Positions 16,955-26,101 of a DNA stretch of 64,000 bases are shown one piece after another. Numbering within the stretch: the first letter of the stretch is position 1; each line of letters opens with the position of its first letter. The position numbers and the translations under genes are program-made. The DNA is taken from assembly GCA_035549195.1 (NCBI GenBank), contig DASZRK010000055.1, positions 7,231 through 71,230 of the forward strand, written 5' to 3'. Below the pieces are notes generated by a model that saw only the letters and a list, made by a program, of their open reading frames with translations, was not told the DNA's origin and searched no databases. The DNA is from a bacterium (GTDB taxonomy: Bacteria > Oederibacteriota > Muellerivitia > Muellerivitales > Muellerivitaceae).

Positions 16955-18466
16955 TCAGCTTTTGACGGCGAATTTGACCTTGAAGGTCTTCTCGAACATG
17001 TCGCACTTCTTCATCAGGGCCCAGCGTTCCAGAAGGAGGTCGCCCTTGCCGACCATCCGGATCGCGAATTGCGGGCGGGTGGAAAGGATACGGAACTCCT
17101 GGACCCGGCCCGAGTGGTCATGGTCCATGGCGTCCGCCACGCGGAGCAGGGAAGCGAGCTTCCAGACCAGGACCTTTTGACGGGGGTCCAGGGGGCGGAA
17201 GTTCTCGTGGGTGGCTTTGGGCAATGCCTTACGGTGATAACGGGCGATATTGGCGATCAATTCGACCTGCTCGACCTTCAGACCGATCAGGGGGGTGGCC
17301 TTGATCAGATAGTAGGAATGCTTGTGATGGGCCGCGTAATTCACGAACTGGCCGATATCGTGGAGGCGGGCGGCGGCCTCCAGCACCAGTTTGAATTCGT
17401 CCCCCAGGCGGTGCATTTTCTTCGTCTTGTCGAAAAGGTCCAAGGCCAGGCGCGAGACGGTCTCGGCATGGGCCTGATCGTAGGCGTAACGGAGGCCGGT
17501 CCTTTGGATGGACTCCATGACCTCGTCACGGTGGAGGGGAGGCTTCCCGGTCAGCAGCTCGGAGACCATGTCGATCAGGAGCCCTTCCTTCACGCCCACA
17601 TTGGGGATGTAGATCCGGGGACTATGGCTCACGTCCATGATCTGGCGGAGGGCCGTGGTGGCGGGGATGATGACATCCGCGCGGTCCGGCCGGAGGCCCA
17701 GCCGCGTTATCCTTTCGTCGTAGGGGATCTTCCGCAAGCGCGTCAGAAGGGCGTCCAATTCGGCCCGGGTGACGAAACCGGATCCTTCCTTATGGAGGAG
17801 CCTGGATTTGAGGTCGAGCAGGGCATCCAGGTTGCCCCCGGTGCCCACGCAGAGCTCGATCTTTTGGCCGGACAATTTGGCGTTGAAACGGCGCCGGGCG
17901 GCCTCCACGTATTCCTGGACCATGTGGTTGAATTTCTTCTCGCCGTATTTTTCCTTTTCCAGGACCTGCAGGAGACGGACGGCCCCCATCTGGAAGCTCT
18001 CGGCGGCCAGGATCTTGCCGTTGCGGGCCAGGGTGATCTCGACGCTGCCGCCGCCGATGTCCACCAGCATGGCGGTGCGCCCCTCCAGGGGGATCTTCTT
18101 GGAGACGGCCAGGTAGACCAGCAGGGCCTCTTCCTCGCCTGTGATGGTCTTGAGCTCGATCCCGGTGGCCTGGAAGACCTTCTTGATGAAGACGTCCCGG
18201 TTCTTCGATTCGCGAAGGGCGCTGGTGGCCACGGCCCGGGTCTTGAGGACGCGATTCTGGTCGATCACCTCGCGGAAGTGGCGGAAGGCTTCCAGGGCCC
18301 GTTGGGTGGTTTCCTTCGTTATATAACCCTTGGTGAAGACATCCTGACCGAGGCGGACCGGCTCCCGAAGGTCCTCGACCACGTGGAGCTGGCGGTTATG
18401 GTCCATGAATCCAATGGCCAGCCGCATGGCGTTGGAACCGACATCGATGGAGCAAAGGGTGGGCAT
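16955..18466 (-). CDS. ppx: Exopolyphosphatase / pppGpp phosphohydrolase (Ppx/GppA) with C-terminal HD domain
   Basis: Motifs IDVGSNAMR, VATSALRE, GEEEA, DIGGGSVE, GTGG, R.DVII, GVKEG, LHDIG, HHKHSYYLI, RYHRK. Confidence 0.93.
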   Translation of the reverse strand: MPTLCSIDVGSNAMRLAIGFMDHNRQLHVVEDLREPVRLGQDVFTKGYITKETTQRALEAFRHFREVIDQNRVLKTRAVATSALRESKNRDVFIKKVFQATGIELKTITGEEEALLVYLAVSKKIPLEGRTAMLVDIGGGSVEITLARNGKILAAESFQMGAVRLLQVLEKEKYGEKKFNHMVQEYVEAARRRFNAKLSGQKIELCVGTGGNLDALLDLKSRLLHKEGSGFVTRAELDALLTRLRKIPYDERITRLGLRPDRADVIIPATTALRQIMDVSHSPRIYIPNVGVKEGLLIDMVSELLTGKPPLHRDEVMESIQRTGLRYAYDQAHAETVSRLALDLFDKTKKMHRLGDEFKLVLEAAARLHDIGQFVNYAAHHKHSYYLIKATPLIGLKVEQVELIANIARYHRKALPKATHENFRPLDPRQKVLVWKLASLLRVADAMDHDHSGRVQEFRILSTRPQFAIRMVGKGDLLLERWALMKKCDMFEKTFKVKFAVKS

Positions 18467-18660
18467 CAGGGGCCTTCTCGAGGGTTGGGACTGAAAAGGC
18501 CGTATTTTATCAGGAAAAAAAGGGCGGGCATGGAGATCAATGTTAAATCTTCAGGATTTTAGGGCCTTTTTGTCCTTCCTTTGTTTTCGGGGCTTTAATG
18601 GCCGCTTTACCGTTCGGAAACATAGGGGCCCTAGCCTTCTCCCAACGAAAAGGGGGAACT

Positions 18661-19200
18661 TTGGCCTCGGGGATCCTGCAAAAAGTCACGGCTTGGGATG
18701 GGCGGCTCTTTGAGCGCGTCTTCGACAACGCCCATCGCCGCTTCTGGAAAGCGTTCTTCCGGGTCCTTTCCCACAGCGCCGAAAGTTATTCCTTCCTGAT
18801 CCTCGGGTTCCTGGGCGTTCTTTTGCGGCCGGAAACACTGCCATGGGTCATGGCGGGAATGATCGGGTTCGCGTTGGAGCTTTCCGCCTATTACCTCCTC
18901 AAAAAGAACATCAAACGGCCAAGGCCCTTCGTTCAAAGACCGAACGTTCATTTCCATATCGTCCCGCCCGATGAATTCTCTTTTCCTTCCGGCCATACGG
19001 GCGCGGCCTTCCTGATGGCGGTCCTTATTTCGGGCGCATTCCCGTTCCTGATGGTCCCGGCGGTCCTTTGGGCCTGCCTGGTGGGTTTTTCAAGGGTGTT
19101 CCTGGGCGTCCATTATCCGACCGATGTGGTGGCCGGGATGGTCCTGGGGGTCAGCAGCGCCTTCGCCGGGATCCATTGGGTGCATTCGCTTCTTTCGTAG
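18661..19200 (+). CDS. PAP2 family membrane phosphatase
   Basis: Motifs K..IKRPRP, SFPSGH, SRVFLGVHYPTD. Start placed at TTG 18661 (GGGGGA SD); alternative is ATG 18598. Confidence 0.88.
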   Translation: MASGILQKVTAWDGRLFERVFDNAHRRFWKAFFRVLSHSAESYSFLILGFLGVLLRPETLPWVMAGMIGFALELSAYYLLKKNIKRPRPFVQRPNVHFHIVPPDEFSFPSGHTGAAFLMAVLISGAFPFLMVPAVLWACLVGFSRVFLGVHYPTDVVAGMVLGVSSAFAGIHWVHSLLS

Positions 19201-19232
19201 AGCTGGTTTTCTTTTGGTAGGTCCATCCAAAC

Positions 19233-19250
19233 TTAACCCGGATTTAACCT
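19233..19250 (+). promoter_or_regulatory. Pho-box-like direct repeat upstream of the porin gene
   Basis: TTAACCC (19233) and TTAACCT (19244) are 11 bp apart. Confidence 0.5.
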
Positions 19251-19480
19251 TGGTGAAATGTTTCGAGGGACCCCTACCTGTAGAGTTCGCCCAGATTTTT
19301 TCCTGAAGTGGGTCTAGGTCCCGGAAGTCTCCTGACGTGGGTAATCATCAAGGAGGCCGGGCCGCCCGGTCCTTAGATGATGTTGGAAGGCTAAGCCACC
19401 CCCACACCCCGCCTTCGACCTGGGAACTGATGAACCCGTTTCGGGGAGAGCCGTAAAAAAACAAGATCTAAGGAGAGGTT

Positions 19481-20728
19481 ATGAAACGCTTTTGGTTGCT
19501 GGCGCTTTTGATGGCCGGAATGCTGGCGTTGCCCCTGGGCTCGTCCGCTTCCGCCCAAGATGAAGGTACGTCCATGGACGATATCAATTCGGCGTTGGGC
19601 AGCATGTCCGCCCACATGAACGACATTGATAAGCAGTTGAAACTGAAGTTCTTCGGGGATGTTCGTCTTCGTTACGCCTTCATCGCCCAAAGCTCGAGCA
19701 CGGCTGGGACCACGATCGCCGACCAGAGCCTGGGTCGGTATCGCGCCCGCTTCGGGGCCGCGATGACTTCCGGGGATTTCACTGGGAAGATCCGGATCGC
19801 CACTGGCTCGAACAATTCCCCTTGGTCGCAGAACAATACTTTTGACACTGGTATGGTCACCCCGTTCTTGACGATCGATACCGCTCAGATCGATTGGAAG
19901 CCGAGTTTCGCGAACGGCATGTTGCTTGTCACCGCCGGCAAAATGGGGAACCCTTTGACGAAGTCGGTCATCACCTGGGACCCGGATATCCAACCGGAAG
20001 GCGCCTTGATCCAATTCCAGAAGAGCGACTTCACCCTCCGGGCGACCTATTTTGAACTGGTGAACCAAGCTCCGGTCACCATCAATGGGGTTGCCCAAAA
20101 ATGGGACTTCTTCATGGACAACGTTCAGGCCGAATATGACATCAAGATGGACAAGGATTCCTTGGGCATCATGGTCGGCTACGAGTACATTCCCAATACC
20201 ACCCTTCTTGCCGCCAATGGATTGGGTTTTGGGTCCACGACCGTTTTCACCTCTGGCGTCACTGACCCGGGTGGTGTTTACCGCGATTTCAACGTGGTGG
20301 AAGGGATGTTGACCTTCAAGTCCAAGCTGGGGGATGTCCCCATGAAGTGGACCTTGCACATGACGGACAATCTGAACGGCATGAACCTCCCCATCGCCGG
20401 CAATGTCTATAGCTCGACCTTCACCAACCAGTATGCCTGGTTGTTGGGCGTGGACTTTGGCCAGAACAAAGAGGTGGGCGAGTTCGCCGCTGGCGTTTTC
20501 GCCGCCCAGGTGGATCCGAATGCCCAGTTGCCTACCCTGGTGGATGACGACTCCGGCCGGACCAATACCCAATATCTGTCGGGATATTGCTCCACCTTGT
20601 TGGATCCGGGTGTGACCTTGAAGCTGACCCAGTGGGTCAATGGCAAGGAGTATTACGCTTTGATCAGCACTGCGAGCAAGCACAATCCGGAATTCCGCAC
20701 TTACCTGGATTGCATCGTCAACCTTTAA
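19481..20728 (+). CDS. Putative outer-membrane porin directly upstream of pstS
   Basis: Signal peptide; motifs LKFFGDVRLRY, RYRARFG, IDTAQIDW, GKMGNP, WDPDIQPEG; alternating beta-strand pattern. Confidence 0.78.
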   Translation: MKRFWLLALLMAGMLALPLGSSASAQDEGTSMDDINSALGSMSAHMNDIDKQLKLKFFGDVRLRYAFIAQSSSTAGTTIADQSLGRYRARFGAAMTSGDFTGKIRIATGSNNSPWSQNNTFDTGMVTPFLTIDTAQIDWKPSFANGMLLVTAGKMGNPLTKSVITWDPDIQPEGALIQFQKSDFTLRATYFELVNQAPVTINGVAQKWDFFMDNVQAEYDIKMDKDSLGIMVGYEYIPNTTLLAANGLGFGSTTVFTSGVTDPGGVYRDFNVVEGMLTFKSKLGDVPMKWTLHMTDNLNGMNLPIAGNVYSSTFTNQYAWLLGVDFGQNKEVGEFAAGVFAAQVDPNAQLPTLVDDDSGRTNTQYLSGYCSTLLDPGVTLKLTQWVNGKEYYALISTASKHNPEFRTYLDCIVNL

Positions 20729-20816
20729 TCGACTTCATCCTGGGGCCGCCCGGTAGTCAGGGAACCGGGCCGGCCCCCTCTCCCCTCGTTAAAAAGGGGG
20801 TTGGCAGGAAGGTTAG

Positions 20817-20834
20817 TTAACATCCCTGTAACAT
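20817..20834 (+). promoter_or_regulatory. Pho-box-like direct repeat upstream of pstS
   Basis: TTAACAT-ccct-GTAACAT; the same two heptamers occur at 25392-25409. Confidence 0.7.
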
Positions 20835-20879
20835 CTGAAGTACGAACGAGAATTAAAATCCAAACGAGGAGAAGCGAAA

Positions 20880-21887
20880 ATGAAAAATCTGCAAACCATC
20901 CTGAAAGGAGCCCTGGCGGCGGCCGTCATGACGGCTACCAGCTTGGCCAACGCCGGTTCCTTGAACGGAGCCGGGGCCACTTTCCCCTATCCCATCTACT
21001 CCAAGTGGTTCTATGAGTACAACCAGAAGACCGGGACGGCCATCAACTACCAATCCATCGGGTCCGGCGGGGGCATCCAACAGATGACCAACGGCACCGT
21101 GGACTTCGGGGCGTCCGACGCTCCCTTGACCGACGAGCAGGTCGCGAAGATCAAGGACGGTTGCATGCACTTCCCGACGGTCGCCGGCGCGGTGGCCTTG
21201 GCCTACAACGTCCCCGGCGTGTCCAGCGGGTTGAAGCTGACCCCGGCCGTCCTGGCCGATATGTACATGGGCGCCATCACCAAGTGGAACGACCCGCAGA
21301 TCGCCGAGATCAACGAAGGGGTGAACCTTCCTGACCTCAACATCACGGTCGCCCACCGGTCCGATGGAAGCGGAACGACCAACATCTTCACCAACTACCT
21401 GACCAAGGTCAGCGTGAAGTGGGCCTCCACGGTCGGCTTCGGCACCGCGGTCAAGTGGCCGGTCGGCGTGGGTGGGAAGGGCAACGAGGGCGTTGCCGGT
21501 CTCATCTCGCAGATCCCGGGCACCATTGGCTACGTCGAGTTGGCCTATGCCGTCAAGAACAAGCTCTCCTACGCCATGCTGAAGAACAAGTCGGGCAAGT
21601 ATGTGGAGCCCACCTTGGCGTCCACCACCGCCGCGGTGGCCGGGGCGAAGATGCCCCCCGATTTCCGCGTGATGATCACCAACGCCTCGGGCGCGGATGC
21701 CTACCCCATCTGCGGTTTCACCTGGCTGCTCATCCACAAGAGCTATGGTGAGAAGGCCGCGGACATCAAGGGATTCTTGAACTGGTACCTGACCACGGGT
21801 GAGGGAATGGCCTCGGAGCTTTACTATGCGCCGCTGCCTTCCGCCATCATCGACAGGGTGAAGAAGAAAGTCGATCTGATCCAGTAA
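20880..21887 (+). CDS. pstS: Phosphate ABC transporter substrate-binding protein
   Basis: Motifs GAGATFPYP, YQSIGSGGG, DFGASD, HRSDGSGTT, GKGNEGV, IGYVE, YPI. Confidence 0.96.
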   Translation: MKNLQTILKGALAAAVMTATSLANAGSLNGAGATFPYPIYSKWFYEYNQKTGTAINYQSIGSGGGIQQMTNGTVDFGASDAPLTDEQVAKIKDGCMHFPTVAGAVALAYNVPGVSSGLKLTPAVLADMYMGAITKWNDPQIAEINEGVNLPDLNITVAHRSDGSGTTNIFTNYLTKVSVKWASTVGFGTAVKWPVGVGGKGNEGVAGLISQIPGTIGYVELAYAVKNKLSYAMLKNKSGKYVEPTLASTTAAVAGAKMPPDFRVMITNASGADAYPICGFTWLLIHKSYGEKAADIKGFLNWYLTTGEGMASELYYAPLPSAIIDRVKKKVDLIQ

Positions 21888-21905
21888 TCGGGAAAAGAGA
21901 ACATC

Positions 21906-22880
21906 TTGAACGGTTCGAACGAGTTGACAGGCAACGAGGAGGTCCGGAACCGGACCTCCTCGTTGTTCTTTTTAAAGTCCGGTTTCGCGGACAAGGCCTT
22001 TGAGGGTATCACGGCCTTTTTCGCCTTTTTGATCCTTTTCCTCGCCGTTCTGACGGCCTTCACGTTGTGGAAAGCCTCCGCGCCGACCATCGAAAAGATG
22101 GGCTGGCAATTCCTCACTTCCTCCGATTGGGACCCGGTCCAAGGGGTCTTCGGTTCCTTGCCTTTCGTCTATGGCACCCTGCTTTCCTCCTTCCTCGCCT
22201 TGCTGATCGCAACGCCTTTCGGAATCGGCATCTCCCTTTTCCTCACCGAGCTTTCGCCCATGAAATGGCGGGACCCGGTCGCTTTCCTGATCGAGATATT
22301 GGCCGCCATCCCCAGCGTGGTCTATGGGCTTTGGGGCATGTTCCTTCTGGCGCCCTTCATGCGGGTCCATGTGGACCCGATCCTGATGAAGACCGGGCTT
22401 CCGTTCTTCAAGGGGCCGTCCACGGGCCTGTCCCTCCTGACCGCCGGCATCATCCTTTCCATCATGATCCTCCCGACCATCACGGCCATCAGCCGGGAGG
22501 TGTTCGAGGCCGTCCCGAACCCCTATCGTGAATCGGCCAGGGCCCTGGGAGCCACCCGGTGGGAGACCATCCTGCTGGCCGTGGTGAGCCCCGCGCGGGT
22601 CGGGGTCCTGGGCGCCATCATGCTGGCCCTGGGCCGGGCCCTGGGCGAGACCATGGCGGTCACCATGGTGATCGGGAACAACCCCCAGATCGTGGCCGAC
22701 CTGTTGGCCCCTTCCCACAGCATGGCCAGCGTCATCGCCAATGAATTCTCCGAGGCCACCAGCGACCTGCATATCTCCGCTTTGGCGGAGATCGGCCTGC
22801 TCCTGATGGTCATCACACTGGTCTTGAACATCGCCGCGAACCTCCTGGTTTGGGCCACGGCCGCAAAATTCCAGAAATAA
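21906..22880 (+). CDS. pstC: Phosphate ABC transporter permease
   Basis: Motifs LAAIPSVVYGLWG, RESARALGATRWE, ALGETMAV, IANEF. Confidence 0.95.
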   Translation: MNGSNELTGNEEVRNRTSSLFFLKSGFADKAFEGITAFFAFLILFLAVLTAFTLWKASAPTIEKMGWQFLTSSDWDPVQGVFGSLPFVYGTLLSSFLALLIATPFGIGISLFLTELSPMKWRDPVAFLIEILAAIPSVVYGLWGMFLLAPFMRVHVDPILMKTGLPFFKGPSTGLSLLTAGIILSIMILPTITAISREVFEAVPNPYRESARALGATRWETILLAVVSPARVGVLGAIMLALGRALGETMAVTMVIGNNPQIVADLLAPSHSMASVIANEFSEATSDLHISALAEIGLLLMVITLVLNIAANLLVWATAAKFQK

Positions 22881-22890
22881 GGACCCGAAG

Positions 22891-23742
22891 ATGATCGATC
22901 ACCAGACCCGCCGCCTTTGGTTGGACCGAGCCATGGTCTTCCTTTGCGGGGCCGCGGCTTTCATCGCGATGATCCCGCTGGTGAGCCTGATCCTTTATGT
23001 GTTGGTCCAGGGGGTCCACCGCCTGGACCTCACCTTTTTCACCCATCTGCCGACGCCTGTCGGCGTTCCGGGCGGCGGCATGGGGAACGCCATCCTGGGG
23101 ACCTTGACGCTGATGCTGGTGGCTTCCTTGCTCGGTCTTCCGATCGGGATCCTGGCCGGGGTCTACCTGTCCGAATACGGGAAGAAGAACAAATTCGCCT
23201 GGCTGGTGCGTTTCACCTCGGACGTCCTCTCGGGGGTGCCTTCCATCGTGACGGGCATCGTGGCCTATTCCCTGGTGGTCCGCCCCATGCACGGGTTCTC
23301 CGCGCTGGCCGGGGGAGTGGCCCTGGGCTTCATGATGATCCCCATCGTGACCCGGACCACCGAGGAACTGGTGAAGATGGTGCCCCACTCCATCCGGGAA
23401 GCCTCCTGGGCCTTGGGCGTTCCCCAATGGCAGACCATCCTGGCCATCGTGATCCGCACCGCCAAGAACGGGATCCTGACCGGGGTCCTGCTTTCCATCG
23501 CCCGCATCGCCGGGGAAACGGCGCCCCTGCTCTTCACGTCCTTCAACAACCAGTATTGGCCCCACGGGTTGATCCAGCCCACGGCGTCGTTGACGGTCCA
23601 GGTCTTTACCTATTCCATCTCCCCCTTCAAGGACTGGCAGGACCAGGCCTGGACCGGCGCCTTGGTGCTCTTGATACTGGTATTGACCATCAATCTGTCG
23701 GCAAAACTCTTTTTCAAGAATCCCAGGAGCGCTTTAAGATAA
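22891..23742 (+). CDS. pstA: Phosphate ABC transporter permease
   Basis: Motifs [27 protein letters not shown]. Confidence 0.95.
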   Translation: MIDHQTRRLWLDRAMVFLCGAAAFIAMIPLVSLILYVLVQGVHRLDLTFFTHLPTPVGVPGGGMGNAILGTLTLMLVASLLGLPIGILAGVYLSEYGKKNKFAWLVRFTSDVLSGVPSIVTGIVAYSLVVRPMHGFSALAGGVALGFMMIPIVTRTTEELVKMVPHSIREASWALGVPQWQTILAIVIRTAKNGILTGVLLSIARIAGETAPLLFTSFNNQYWPHGLIQPTASLTVQVFTYSISPFKDWQDQAWTGALVLLILVLTINLSAKLFFKNPRSALR

Positions 23743-23756
23743 TTCGGAGGGGAAGG

Positions 23757-24641
23757 ATGGGACCCATGATCGACGAGGTCGCCGCAAGGCCTGAAAAGGA
23801 AAAAAAGAAAATGGACTCCAAGGAAGGCAAGGTCGAGGTCCGGAAGGTCGAAGTCGTCCGGCAGGATGCCCCTGCGGGCGAGAAAAAGCTCAAGATGAAG
23901 GCCGAGGGCGTTTGCGCTTGGTTCGGCACCAAGCAGGCCCTCTATGACGTCAACATGCCCATCTACGAGAAGGAAGTGACCGCCATCATCGGGCCCTCGG
24001 GTTGCGGCAAGTCCACCCTGATCCGCTGTTTCAACCGCATGCACGAGACGGTCCCGGGCTCGAAATTCGCCGGGGACATCTTCCTGGAACAGCAGAGCAT
24101 CTTCGATCCCCGGATGGATCCGGTCGAGGTCAGGCGCCGGGTGGGGATGGTCTTCCAAAAACCCACCCCTTTTCCGACCCTTTCGATCTTCGACAATGTG
24201 GCCGTGGGGCTTCGCTTGAACGGCGTGCGGGACCGCAAGGTCCTGGAGGAGGTCGTGGAGCGCAGTCTGCGGAAGGCCGCCCTTTGGGAGGAAGTGAAGG
24301 ATTCGCTGGGCAAGGCCGGCGGGGCCCTTTCGGGCGGGCAGCAGCAGCGCCTTTGCATCGCCCGGGCCTTGGCCATTGAACTGGAGGTCCTGCTGATGGA
24401 CGAACCCTGTTCGGCCCTGGATCCCATCTCGACCACCAAGATCGAGGAATTGATCCACGAACTGCGCCAGAACTATACGATCATCATCGTGACCCACAAC
24501 ATGCAACAGGCCGCCAGGGTCTCGAACCGGACCGCCTTCATGCTCAACGGGAAGCTGATCGAATACGACGCGACGGAAAAGATGTTCACCAATCCCGAGA
24601 ATAAACTGACGGAAGATTACATCACCGGCCGTTTCGGCTGA
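23757..24641 (+). CDS. pstB: Phosphate ABC transporter ATP-binding protein
   Basis: Motifs [53 protein letters not shown] before ATG 23757. Confidence 0.96.
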   Translation: MGPMIDEVAARPEKEKKKMDSKEGKVEVRKVEVVRQDAPAGEKKLKMKAEGVCAWFGTKQALYDVNMPIYEKEVTAIIGPSGCGKSTLIRCFNRMHETVPGSKFAGDIFLEQQSIFDPRMDPVEVRRRVGMVFQKPTPFPTLSIFDNVAVGLRLNGVRDRKVLEEVVERSLRKAALWEEVKDSLGKAGGALSGGQQQRLCIARALAIELEVLLMDEPCSALDPISTTKIEELIHELRQNYTIIIVTHNMQQAARVSNRTAFMLNGKLIEYDATEKMFTNPENKLTEDYITGRFG

Positions 24642-24690
24642 GGCGGGGTGTAGAATGGCGAGTGAAAGTATGGAATTGGAAGGAAAGAGA

Positions 24691-25347
24691 ATGCAGATAT
24701 CGTTCGACGAGGAATTGTCCCAGCTGAAGGAAAAGATCCTCTTCATGGGGAGCAAGGTGGAAGAGGCCATCCGCTTGGCCTTGAAATCCCTGGTGGACCG
24801 CGACTCCAAGCTGGCCCGGCAGGTCATCCAGGGCGACCGCGACATCAACGACATGGAGATCGAGGTGGACGAGATCTGCCACCGCCTTTTGGCCCTGCAC
24901 CAGCCCATGGCCGGGGATATGCGGTTCGTGACCAGCGCCATGAAGATCAACGCGGACCTGGAGCGGATCGGCGACATGGCGGTCAACATCGCCGAGCGGG
25001 CCCTGACCCTCAATGAAGTGGCGCCCTTGAAGCCCTTCATCGACATCCCCCGGATGGCCTCGATCGCGCAGGAGATGGTCAAGGTGTCCCTGGATTCCTT
25101 GGTCAATCGGGACCCGGCGGCGGCCAAGAAGGTCTGCGAACGCGACGACGAGGTGGACAACCTGAACGACCAGATCATCCGGGAACTGATCAGCTACATG
25201 CTGGAGGACCGGGCCAACATCAAGCGGTCCTTGGACCTCATCCTGGTCTCGCGCTACCTGGAACGGGTGGCCGACCACGCCACCAACATCGCCGAGGACG
25301 TCATTTACATGGTGGCCGGCAAGGATATCCGTCACCATCGCGGCTGA
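24691..25347 (+). CDS. phoU: Phosphate signalling protein PhoU
   Basis: Motifs D..IN..E..VDE, DLERIGD, DDEVD, LERVADHATNIAE. Alternative start at 24655. Confidence 0.95.
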   Translation: MQISFDEELSQLKEKILFMGSKVEEAIRLALKSLVDRDSKLARQVIQGDRDINDMEIEVDEICHRLLALHQPMAGDMRFVTSAMKINADLERIGDMAVNIAERALTLNEVAPLKPFIDIPRMASIAQEMVKVSLDSLVNRDPAAAKKVCERDDEVDNLNDQIIRELISYMLEDRANIKRSLDLILVSRYLERVADHATNIAEDVIYMVAGKDIRHHRG

Positions 25348-25391
25348 TCCCGCCGTCCCTTCCGTCGGGCCTTGTTAAATCCGTGGGGCTT

Positions 25392-25409
25392 TTAACATTG
25401 ACGTAACAT
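25392..25409 (+). promoter_or_regulatory. Pho-box-like direct repeat upstream of DUF47-pit
   Basis: TTAACAT-tgac-GTAACAT. Confidence 0.68.
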
Positions 25410-25460
25410 GGGCCCTGGGGCAAACTTGCCCCGCTCCAACAACCTTGGAACGGGGTGCCC

Positions 25461-26087
25461 ATGTTCGACTTCCTGATCCCAAAAGAGTTCGGTTTTTTCG
25501 ATGTTTTTGACCAACACGCGGCCACCTGCGTGGAAGGAAGCCGCATCCTCTGCGAAATGCTGGACCATTACGGGGACGCTCCCGCCAAGGCCCGGCGCAT
25601 CAAGGATGTGGAACACCAGGCCGATGACATCACCCACCACACGGTCGAGATGCTCCATAAGACCTTCGTCACCCCCATCGACCGGGACCAGATCCATGAG
25701 CTGATCACCAACATGGACGACATCATGGACCTCATCGACGGGGCCGCCCGCCGGATGCTCCTTTATGATGTCCGCTCCATCCCCGCGGAACTGAAGGAAC
25801 TGGCCAAGGTCCTCCACCATTCCACCCTGGAGCTCCAGGTCGCCATCAAGAGCCTCCGGAACCTCAAGAACGCCAAGGTCATCATCAAGGCCTGCATCGA
25901 GATCAATAAATTGGAGAACGACGGGGACGCCATCCGGGACGCGGCCATTGCCAAGCTCTTCCAGGAAGAAAAGGACGCGGTCCAGGTGCTGGTCTGGAAG
26001 GAGATCTACGAGGCCGTCGAGACCGCCATCGATCGTTGCGAGGACGTGGCCAATGTGATCGAGGGCGTCGTCCTCGAGAACGCCTGA
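25461..26087 (+). CDS. DUF47 / PhoU-like Pit accessory protein
   Basis: Motifs IKDVEHQAD, TFVTPIDR, LENDGD, IDRCEDVANVIE; adjacent to pit. Confidence 0.9.
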   Translation: MFDFLIPKEFGFFDVFDQHAATCVEGSRILCEMLDHYGDAPAKARRIKDVEHQADDITHHTVEMLHKTFVTPIDRDQIHELITNMDDIMDLIDGAARRMLLYDVRSIPAELKELAKVLHHSTLELQVAIKSLRNLKNAKVIIKACIEINKLENDGDAIRDAAIAKLFQEEKDAVQVLVWKEIYEAVETAIDRCEDVANVIEGVVLENA

Positions 26088-26101
26088 ACGACGGGGCTCC
26101 C

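Noticed and set aside
18540-18546. Single TTAACAT on the minus strand upstream of ppx
   Set aside because: There is no partner half-site at 11 bp, so it was not counted as a Pho box.
19321-19345. GAAGTCTCCTGAC resembles the reverse complement of a cobalamin riboswitch 3' end
   Set aside because: It is on the wrong strand for the porin gene, and the other core elements (GGGAA, GCCACTG, B12 box) are not found nearby.
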